Below, piece by piece: positions 17,408-24,104 of a stretch of 24,104 nt of DNA (positions within the stretch are counted from its first letter, which is position 1; each line of letters starts with the position of its first letter). Below the pieces are notes generated by a model. The model did not search any database, was not told the DNA's origin, and saw only the letters and a program-made list of their open reading frames with translations. The translations under genes were made by a program, and so were the position numbers. The DNA is from a virus (taxonomy: Duplodnaviria > Caudoviricetes): IMG/VR virus record IMGVR_UViG_3300025314_000100, positions 1-24,104 of that record; one strand, given 5' to 3'.

Positions 17408-17908
17408 TTATGGCTTCAAGGCTTCTAAGGCCGTTCGCATCGCCTTTGTTTCTTCCGTCTGCGTCTTGGCGTGCACCTCCAACTGCTCCAGGATCCGCAA
17501 CATTCGTTCTGCGCGTGCTGGAGACCCCGCCATCAGCGAATGGGCTGTATCGAATTGTTGTACCAGCTTGGTGATTGATGCCGAGTTGACCGCTTGATTT
17601 TCCATGGCCCTTTTCAAATTGGCAGCCAGTTCGTCCGACTTCTCCTGGTGGCGATCAAGGCTTTTGGCCACGACTCGAATAAAATCTGCCTGCGCGCCAA
17701 CGTATCGTTGTGACCACTGGTTCAATTCGTACCCAACTCCTCCCAGGATCATGATTGTCAGCAGCGCCCAAGGTCCATTCTTGGCGAACGACATCACGAC
17801 CACGAACAGCATTGCCCGCCAATTTCCAGGCATTCTCCCGTTGATATCGATCGACTTGTTGTCACCTGGATCTGAGGCCATCAGCATTTCCCCCACCTTG
17901 GATGCCAC
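17408..17908 (-). CDS. membrane protein with C-terminal coiled coil (holin-like topology, unproven)
   Basis: Hydrophobic segments MLFVVVMSFA and WALLTIMILGGVGY, followed by a heptad-rich helix. Confidence 0.6.
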   Translation of the reverse strand: MASKVGEMLMASDPGDNKSIDINGRMPGNWRAMLFVVVMSFAKNGPWALLTIMILGGVGYELNQWSQRYVGAQADFIRVVAKSLDRHQEKSDELAANLKRAMENQAVNSASITKLVQQFDTAHSLMAGSPARAERMLRILEQLEVHAKTQTEETKAMRTALEALKP

Positions 17909-17947
17909 GCCCCTTGATCCGTTTTTTGCCCAGCATAAAATCCGTCA

Positions 17948-18166
17948 ATGAACCGCACATACACCAGCCGTGAAGTTGCCGACCTATTTGGCATAACCAA
18001 AGGTCGAGTATACCAGTTGATCACCGAGCTCGGCCTGGAGCCCAGCCGATGCGGTTGTCCAGCTCGAACGATTTTTCTTACCCAACGCGATCTGGGCCGA
18101 ATCCGAACCTATCTCGAATCGCGCGAAACCGGCGTCGGGCGGCCTCGTCTTTGTCAGTTGCGGTAG
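17948..18166 (+). CDS. MerR/Xis-like HTH DNA-binding protein
   Basis: YTSREVADLFGITKGRVYQLI HTH with a C-terminal GRPR motif. Confidence 0.8.
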   Translation: MNRTYTSREVADLFGITKGRVYQLITELGLEPSRCGCPARTIFLTQRDLGRIRTYLESRETGVGRPRLCQLR

Positions 18167-18185
18167 ATCGCCGCCCTCTCTCTTA

Positions 18186-18598
18186 GTTGCCACGACTGCC
18201 GCGCCTCGCCCCGCCCGGCCTCGGCCTGCCTCGCCGCGCCGCGCCTCGACTGCCACGCCCAGACCAGCCTCGCCGGGCCCCTCCACGCCCGTCCAAGCCC
18301 CGACTGCCACGCCCCGCCCAGCCGTCCCATTCCCAGCCAGGCCTCGCCATGTCTCGACTGCCACGCCGGTCCCGGCCCCGCCCCGCCTTGTCTGGCCTTG
18401 CCCCGGCTGCCGCGCCTCGCCTTGCCTCGCCAGGCCGGGCCCAGCCAAGCCATGGCTGCCCCGCCCCGCCCGGCCATGCCATACCTCGCCCAGCCCGGGC
18501 CTGCCCAGGCTGCCACGCCACGCCATGCCCAGTCTCACCCGGCCCAGCCATGCCCAGTCTCACCCGGCCCAGCCTGGCCCCGACTGCCTCGCCTCGTC
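18186..18598. repeat. phased degenerate pentamer (NNGCC/GGCNN) array with eight G(A/G)CTGCC nodes
   Basis: Nodes at 18193, 18247, 18301, 18355, 18404, 18453, 18507 and 18581. Exact 25-nt tandem duplication at 18522-18546 and 18547-18571. Confidence 0.92.
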
Positions 18599-18605
18599 GT
18601 CGCCC

Positions 18606-18971
18606 TCAAAATGGCATGCCAACCATTTCTCGTCGCTGTCGTCCAGCGTCGCAAATGATCTCTCGGTCGCGCGCTGGAACCGCCTTCCAATACGCGCGCA
18701 AATCGACCTTGATGCGATCTAACTCGGCTGACGATTGCGCCTCGTTGATCAATTCGACAATTTGCGCTGTCGGCGGCGGCGCTAATCCGCCGCCTCGCTT
18801 TATCCTGTCAATCATTTCGCTCGCTGCATACTTCGATAGTTCCTTGTCTGGATTGATCCCGGCCCGGTGCAAAGCCCATCTCTGTTTCTTCGTCGCATAG
18901 GCCGGTTCCCATTGGTCGTCGCTAATCCGGTTCGAGTAAACAACGTCTCCGCGTGGTACACCCGAACCGGA
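18606..18971 (-). pseudogene. in-frame C-terminal continuation of the helicase beyond a TAA
   Basis: Same frame as 18972..21875 and open for 121 sense codons. ATKKQRWAL...SKYAASEMID repeats the helicase's ASDSQLKFI...TKNQAGRII module. Confidence 0.75.
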
Positions 18972-21875
18972 TTAGTTAATGATTCGACCTGCTTGGTTTT
19001 TCGTCGGCTCCCAACCGATCAGCCGGATTCCCAAACTCTCGATGAACTTTAGTTGTGAATCGCTGGCCATGCCCGGTAGCCCGCTGCTGCCAACATCGTG
19101 GACTGTGTAGTCCACCTTGGCCCCGGCCTGGGCACGTCGCTTGGCCTCTTCCTGCGCTGCCTGTTCTCTCTTTTCTTTGGCTATGCGTGCCGACTTGCGT
19201 TGCTGTTCTATTTCGTCCTTTGCCCTCTGGATGGCCAGCTGCACGTCCTCAACGCCTCCCAGGACGATCTCTTCCGCGCGATGGATGACGACATCCTCCA
19301 GCCCCTCCGCGTAAATCTGGACTGTCGTAGCGCAATCCCCGAGTCCCGTAACACCGGTCAGGTCCACGACCAGGCAATTCGGCTTGTCGCTCGCAGCGAT
19401 GGCCGCCAGCCGTTCGTCGGCCGTTGCCATCCCCTCAATCAACCCGCGTGTCGGTCGACTACCGCGGCCCTTCATTTGCTCGGCAAGACTGCTGGCCTTG
19501 CGCGACACCGGCCGGAAAATTGCGACGCATGATATGTCGCAGTTGCCAAGAATCATAACTTTCCCTTGTCGCCGCGTCACAAGAGTTGAATTGCGGTTCG
19601 ACACACACCATACATGCTCGTTTGACCGTCGTTCAGTAAAGCCAATTCGTGTTGCGCGTGGATCGGATGGACGAACTGTCAACCATTGCGAATCGCGGAC
19701 AGATGCTCGATACACAGTTACGCCGGCCCTTGTTACTACCTCGGCGCAGCTTGTTGCAAAACCGCGGACTGCTGCCATGTGCGTGAAGGCATCGGCCTGC
19801 GCCTTGAGCGAGCAAAGAAGCCATCCAGATTTCCCAGGCATAACCGATCCATCGCCTAGAAGCAATTCGAACCAGAACAGCCGGAATTGCTCACGAGTCA
19901 TTTGGTGGAGCAGCGGCGACACATTCTTATCGAGCCAGGGAGCAAGTCTCACCCATCCATTTCTGGCCATGCTCCCGCCGTGAGTTCCAGATGGAACAGC
20001 GAACTCTATCATTGGGCACGTGCCGTAGGCGTTCTTGGATTGGGCGTGCTGGCGACGACGATAATCAAATCCGCAAGAACGGAGCACGGCTTCGATTCGG
20101 TCGCACAATCCCTGATTGGCGGTCGATTGGCTTATGATCAGATCGGTTTTGCCCCAAGAGCCTTCAGTCATAAACCATGCCGCGAATCGAAGCTCGTCAT
20201 CTGTCAACGGAACCCCAGAAAACTCGCCCTCAGCCGCCAGAGGGAATGCGAATTCACGCTTGCGGTCAATCAAGTCGCGGGCCTTGAGTGTCGTGAAATC
20301 TTTCGAGTGGCGCGGCGATTTTCTCGAATCGTATTCCTTGCCGTGAATATTGTGGCCCTCGGTAACGCGAACGCTCATGTGCTGACCTGAACACAATACC
20401 ATCCTTTCGTCCGGCCTAAGAGGTCGACGAATGTAGCAGCTGATCGGAACGATTTCTATTAGCCCGGTTGTGCGGCTGAGCGAATAGATCAAATCGCCGA
20501 CGCCAACTTCGTGCCATCGCTTCCATCCGTTTGGCCCAAGAATTTCAGTCTCGTCGTCCAGGCAGTCGTTGTAGCCCTCCCGGCACAATCCGCACACCGA
20601 CAAAAATTGGAACTGGCCCGACTGATGCGCCTGGTATACCTCTTTGCGATCTTGTGCAGGAACCTCACCCCAAACGCACATGGCTTGGAATTCCGGCGTC
20701 TTCAGTACGTCGGTGTCAGTCAGTTGTCGATTACATGCCTTGCATGCAGCGCCGTCTCCGACTCGTGACCGAGCATGCCATTGGGTCGCGCCGCACGAAC
20801 ACCGGCATTTTGACCGCGCATTGACATACTCAGCTACTCCTTGAGCCATGGAAACGCTCGGGGAAAACACCAACGTCTTGCGGTTCTCAACCAGATCGAG
20901 CAATGGCTCGCATACGCCGGCCAGCTCTGTCTCCAACCTTTTGGCAACTTCCTGGTCCCACTTCGACTGAACGTCCCCACACAGTTTTTTGATGTCCGCA
21001 AAATCAATCCGTTCTACCTGGATGTACTTCTGCATGTACGGGACAGCGAACCCATCGCGCACAGCGCACGCCCCATCCGCGACCTTCAGCGGATAATCTA
21101 TTGCGATTGCAGGAAACATCTTCGAGCCGATCGATATTCCGTCGGCGCGTTTCGGCGTAGCGGTCATGCCCAGCCGTTTTGACTTCGGGTTCCGTTCAAA
21201 CCATTCCACCAGGTGCCCGACCGTGGACAGTTGCTGCACGTGCTTATGGGCCTCATCGAACGCAACCAACCAATTGAGCCGCCAATCGAACTTGTGCAGT
21301 CTCGACACAACCCCGCGCTCCTGATCGCATCTGTAATCTTGTCTCCAGTCGTGCAACTCTTGCTCGATCAACTCGGGACCCACACCTCGCCTGATTCCTC
21401 GAATCAATCGCTGAGCCATTTTGAACGTGCACAGCGCGATACGATCATCGCTATAACCGTGCTCATTCATGAATGCCCGCTGATCCGCGCCGATCAAATT
21501 GTGCTGGGCCAGCGATTGACGACTTGCCACGATCACTTTGGGAATTTTCCCTGGTTTAACGTGCTCCGATTCCATTTCGATCCCCGGCTCGACGCCAAGT
21601 ACGTCTTGGATTTCCTCCGCGAATTGCCACACGAGTTGCTTTTCGTAGCTCACGACCATCACGCGGTAGTCCTCGCCCTGGCTCAACCATCGGTCGGCAA
21701 TCATTGCCGTGGTGATGGTCTTGCCGCCGCCCGTAAATATGCGCAGAAGTACACCTGGCTGACCAACAGCAAACAGCCGAAACGTGCCGTCCAGGGCCTC
21801 ATGCTGGTACGGTCGCGGGATTAGTGTGTATCCGACCACGTCAGTTTCTTCTTGTTTGTCAAATAACAGCTGCAT
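18972..21875 (-). CDS. superfamily 2 (DEAH) helicase with intein
   Basis: PRPYQ, TGGGKT, DEAH, MTATP, LVFSPSV, REGYND and QMKGRGSR motifs. Confidence 0.92.
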   Translation of the reverse strand: MQLLFDKQEETDVVGYTLIPRPYQHEALDGTFRLFAVGQPGVLLRIFTGGGKTITTAMIADRWLSQGEDYRVMVVSYEKQLVWQFAEEIQDVLGVEPGIEMESEHVKPGKIPKVIVASRQSLAQHNLIGADQRAFMNEHGYSDDRIALCTFKMAQRLIRGIRRGVGPELIEQELHDWRQDYRCDQERGVVSRLHKFDWRLNWLVAFDEAHKHVQQLSTVGHLVEWFERNPKSKRLGMTATPKRADGISIGSKMFPAIAIDYPLKVADGACAVRDGFAVPYMQKYIQVERIDFADIKKLCGDVQSKWDQEVAKRLETELAGVCEPLLDLVENRKTLVFSPSVSMAQGVAEYVNARSKCRCSCGATQWHARSRVGDGAACKACNRQLTDTDVLKTPEFQAMCVWGEVPAQDRKEVYQAHQSGQFQFLSVCGLCREGYNDCLDDETEILGPNGWKRWHEVGVGDLIYSLSRTTGLIEIVPISCYIRRPLRPDERMVLCSGQHMSVRVTEGHNIHGKEYDSRKSPRHSKDFTTLKARDLIDRKREFAFPLAAEGEFSGVPLTDDELRFAAWFMTEGSWGKTDLIISQSTANQGLCDRIEAVLRSCGFDYRRRQHAQSKNAYGTCPMIEFAVPSGTHGGSMARNGWVRLAPWLDKNVSPLLHQMTREQFRLFWFELLLGDGSVMPGKSGWLLCSLKAQADAFTHMAAVRGFATSCAEVVTRAGVTVYRASVRDSQWLTVRPSDPRATRIGFTERRSNEHVWCVSNRNSTLVTRRQGKVMILGNCDISCVAIFRPVSRKASSLAEQMKGRGSRPTRGLIEGMATADERLAAIAASDKPNCLVVDLTGVTGLGDCATTVQIYAEGLEDVVIHRAEEIVLGGVEDVQLAIQRAKDEIEQQRKSARIAKEKREQAAQEEAKRRAQAGAKVDYTVHDVGSSGLPGMASDSQLKFIESLGIRLIGWEPTKNQAGRIIN
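19542..20564 (-). mobile_element. 341-aa intein with LAGLIDADG-type homing endonuclease
   Basis: Begins CLDDETEIL, has block B VTEGH and ends LVTRRQGKVMILGN before a +1 Cys. Endonuclease motifs AAWFMTEGS and FELLLGDGS. Confidence 0.92.
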
Positions 21876-21885
21876 CGGATCCGTC

Positions 21886-22824
21886 CTATAGTTGTGCCGC
21901 GAGATCCTTTGTCAGCCAGCCGGTTTCGAGACACACCTTGCAGCCGTCCCCGGAACATCGCGGGCAGACCACTGCGCCCTTCCCTGTTCGGACCGTGGTG
22001 AGTCCGGATTGCACGCTAGCCTTCGCCGAGCCGACTCTCCCCAAATGCCGGAGCCAAGCGTTTTCGTTTTCCAATGGCTCTAGGTGCTCCTTGAATGCTG
22101 CCATCACCGCGCGACAGGCTGACTCGATTTTTTTGTTCGCCGCTTCCATCCTCTGCGAGGGGCTGATCTCGGTCGGTTCTTGTGCCTCCTCTTCCAATGC
22201 GGCCGCCTGGGCCATCGACACCGGCTCGGCCTTGGTTCCCTTCAGCGCCTTGCCGTGGACTAGCTTGTAGGCTTCCTTGGTCGTCTCGGCCTGGCCGACC
22301 CGCAGGGCCCGCTCGACCTGGGACGCCTCCCCGTTGTTCAATAGCGTTTCGACCTGACCAGCCCATAACCGGCAGGTCCCGTCTTCGTGTTGCCGCCGGA
22401 TCAGCGGGGGAAGTTTGGCCACCGCACCGGCCAGCTTCTCGGCTTTGGCTTCTTTGCCCACGTCCGACCCGCCTTCGTCCGCATCGCTGGCCAGCATGGT
22501 CAACGCCCGCCGCACGGTCAAATCAGGATCGTCTTGTCCCTTGAAATCGGCAGCGCGCTGCTGATTTCCCCCACAACGGGTTATTCGATCCCAATTGGCA
22601 GCAATGCGAATGTAGCTGCTGGCCTGCCGCTCTCGTACGCTGCAATGCTGCCGCAGCCAGGGCAACCATTCGCCGTGGGGTAACTGCGATTTAGCCTCGA
22701 GCAGCAGGCGTCCACAGTGGAGCGCGTGGTCCACGGCAGACCTAGCGTCCCTCATTACCGCCAAATGTTCCGACTTGATCTCCTCGGCCAACTCGTCGAG
22801 ACTTTTTGTTTTCACGATCGACAT
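21886..22824 (-). CDS. DUF3102-like protein with C-terminal CxxCxGxGCxxC zinc finger
   Basis: ATG 22824 with SD GGAGAG. 'GRLLLEAKSQLPHGEWLPWLRQHC...RQASSYIRIA' signature. Confidence 0.8.
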   Translation of the reverse strand: MSIVKTKSLDELAEEIKSEHLAVMRDARSAVDHALHCGRLLLEAKSQLPHGEWLPWLRQHCSVRERQASSYIRIAANWDRITRCGGNQQRAADFKGQDDPDLTVRRALTMLASDADEGGSDVGKEAKAEKLAGAVAKLPPLIRRQHEDGTCRLWAGQVETLLNNGEASQVERALRVGQAETTKEAYKLVHGKALKGTKAEPVSMAQAAALEEEAQEPTEISPSQRMEAANKKIESACRAVMAAFKEHLEPLENENAWLRHLGRVGSAKASVQSGLTTVRTGKGAVVCPRCSGDGCKVCLETGWLTKDLAAQL

Positions 22825-22839
22825 AAAATCTCTCCGGAA

Positions 22840-22929
22840 ACGAAAAAGCCCAGTCATGGGCCGGTTGTACAGGGTGTTGGGTTGACCCTGCCGCATCCTG
22901 GCGAATGCGGCCCGGCCCATGGCTGGGCT
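22840..22929 (-). ncRNA. three-way-junction structured leader / attenuator
   Basis: 18-bp outer stem (22847-22864 with 22912-22929, 17/18) enclosing hairpins CAGGGT/ACCCTG and CCGCAT/ATGCGG, then TTTTT on the minus strand just before the SD. Confidence 0.65.
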
Positions 22930-22983
22930 CTCGCGCTAAACTCTCTTTATTCCCAAACTTTGTACAATTCAGCGATCCCTGTT

Positions 22984-23271
22984 CTATCCGACGGGCCTTG
23001 TCAACTTCTTGACGACTTCCGAGGCCTTTTCAATCCTGCCTATTGCCCACTCCAACCTGGTGGACAACCGATTGACTTCCTTGCGGAGCGCGTCCTGTTC
23101 TGTTTTCATTTGCGCCACCACTCGCATCAGGTACAGCGTGCTGATTGTTGATTCTCCGTGCAACGCTTCGTGTAGCTCTCTGTTCGCTTCGGCGAGTTTC
23201 TCCAGGCCGGTCATCAGCACCTCGGCCGTTGTCCTCAAGACGTCCGCCTGTGTTTGGATTTCGTCAGTCAT
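22984..23271 (-). CDS. hypothetical coiled-coil protein
   Basis: 95 aa, heptad-rich. SD GGAGAGG. Confidence 0.75.
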   Translation of the reverse strand: MTDEIQTQADVLRTTAEVLMTGLEKLAEANRELHEALHGESTISTLYLMRVVAQMKTEQDALRKEVNRLSTRLEWAIGRIEKASEVVKKLTRPVG

Positions 23272-23467
23272 TAACCTCTCCTATCGGCTCCGTCGCCGGG
23301 TGCATCGCCACCACGTCGTTGATTGCGTCACGGGCAGCGGCGTATGCGCTGATGATCGGTTGATGCTGGGCCATCAAGTCCAACATTTTCACCATTTTTC
23401 GCAGTGACCGGATGTCTCTTTTGGTCAACCGCGTCGATACGCCTTTGTCGGTGATCGTGATTCGCAT
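23264..23467 (-). CDS. hypothetical protein
   Basis: 67 aa with an 8-nt overlap with the downstream gene. Confidence 0.65.
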   Translation of the reverse strand: MRITITDKGVSTRLTKRDIRSLRKMVKMLDLMAQHQPIISAYAAARDAINDVVAMHPATEPIGEVND

Positions 23468-23498
23468 GAGGCGATTATTGCCGTTTCACGGAAACGTG

Positions 23499-23750
23499 TC
23501 AACCCCGTCCCCTTTTTTTTATGGACCGTGCTGGCCGCTCGCCCTGCGGTCGCTGGAATTGCTCGATGGACGCTTGCGTGATCAGCGGCTGGTTCCCCAA
23601 GTACACCCGGTCCAACCAGCCCCATTCGCCGTATCGCCTGATCGTTTCTGACGTCAATCCCAACAATTTCGCCGTCCGTTCGTAGGTGTGGTAGCCGAGT
23701 TTCTCTGAGGTTTCCTCGTCAACTTGGATCTTGATTGGTTTTTTTGCCAT
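23499..23750 (-). CDS. MerR/Xis-like HTH protein (Cro-like position)
   Basis: Start reassigned to ATG 23750 (MAKKPIK). HTH TYERTAKLLGLTSETIRRYGEWGWL. Confidence 0.75.
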   Translation of the reverse strand: MAKKPIKIQVDEETSEKLGYHTYERTAKLLGLTSETIRRYGEWGWLDRVYLGNQPLITQASIEQFQRPQGERPARSIKKRGRG

Positions 23751-23764
23751 CTTTGGCTTACCGC

Positions 23765-23793
23765 TTGACGGAATCAGATAGTTGAGGTAGTGT
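23765..23793 (+). promoter_or_regulatory. sigma70-like promoter
   Basis: TTGACG - 17 nt - TAGTGT, followed by SD AAGGAGG and ATG 23821. Confidence 0.65.
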
Positions 23794-23820
23794 ACTCCCA
23801 GAAGAACAAGGAGGAAAGTC

Positions 23821-24104
23821 ATGGTCTCTGAAGCCCGTCACACCCTACCACGTTTATTTTTGGTTTGCATGATCGTTCTACTCGTCTGGACTCATTCAGG
23901 GATCGCAGCCCAACGAGAAGTTCGGGTGTTCTGCCCTGGATGCCGCCAAGCGATTCTGAGGCCGGGACAACTCGCGTATCAGTCCTACCAGACGGTGCCC
24001 GCGCTCCGCTGGGGGATTTTTGGGCGCCGGCTCGTGCCGTGCGCCATGTACGTTCCTGGTCCTGTGTACGTGCCATGGATTCCCAGCGGAGCGCGGGCAC
24101 CGTC
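23821..24104 (+). CDS. partial secreted protein with signal peptide (not in ORF track, runs off the end)
   Basis: MVSEARHTLPRLFLVCMIVLLVWTHSGIAA|QREVRVFCPGC...; SD AAGGAGG and an upstream promoter. Confidence 0.7.
   Translation, partial: MVSEARHTLPRLFLVCMIVLLVWTHSGIAAQREVRVFCPGCRQAILRPGQLAYQSYQTVPALRWGIFGRRLVPCAMYVPGPVYVPWIPSGARAP

Noticed and set aside
18186-18598. CRISPR array interpretation
   Set aside because: The constant part is only about 7-12 nt, the 'spacers' are themselves pentamer repeats, and there are no cas genes.
17984-18900. Overlapping Gly/Arg/Ala/Pro-rich ORFs in several frames
   Set aside because: They are by-products of the stop-free pentamer array, and the period is 5 rather than 3.
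18972-18974. Genome-wide stop-codon reassignment
   Set aside because: TAA, TAG and TGA all terminate tightly packed, full-length genes elsewhere in the window.
23819-24100. Minus-strand 93-aa ORF
   Set aside because: The plus-strand ORF from 23821 has a promoter, SD and signal peptide and explains the region better.

Overview
GC-rich fragment of a tailed dsDNA phage or prophage. The host may be a Planctomycete-like bacterium, but this is weak inference only. Almost all genes are on the minus strand. In transcription order (right to left) the window holds: small HTH regulators; a DUF3102-like protein; an SF2 helicase carrying a LAGLIDADG-type intein and an in-frame TAA inside a hairpin; a ~410 bp phased pentamer repeat array; a structured, gene-poor regulatory region with microproteins; an XRE regulator with operator-like repeats; a block of four accessory genes each headed by the same hairpin+ACAACA+SD element; a recombination module (NinG, SMC-like ATPase, Rad52/Sak-like annealase, RNase H-like exonuclease); and morphogenesis genes (MuF/gp7 minor head, tail-collar protein, TerS, TerL, beta-rich virion protein). 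No integrase, portal, major capsid, rRNA, full tRNA or CRISPR array was recognised. All protein calls come from motif recognition by eye, not database searches.
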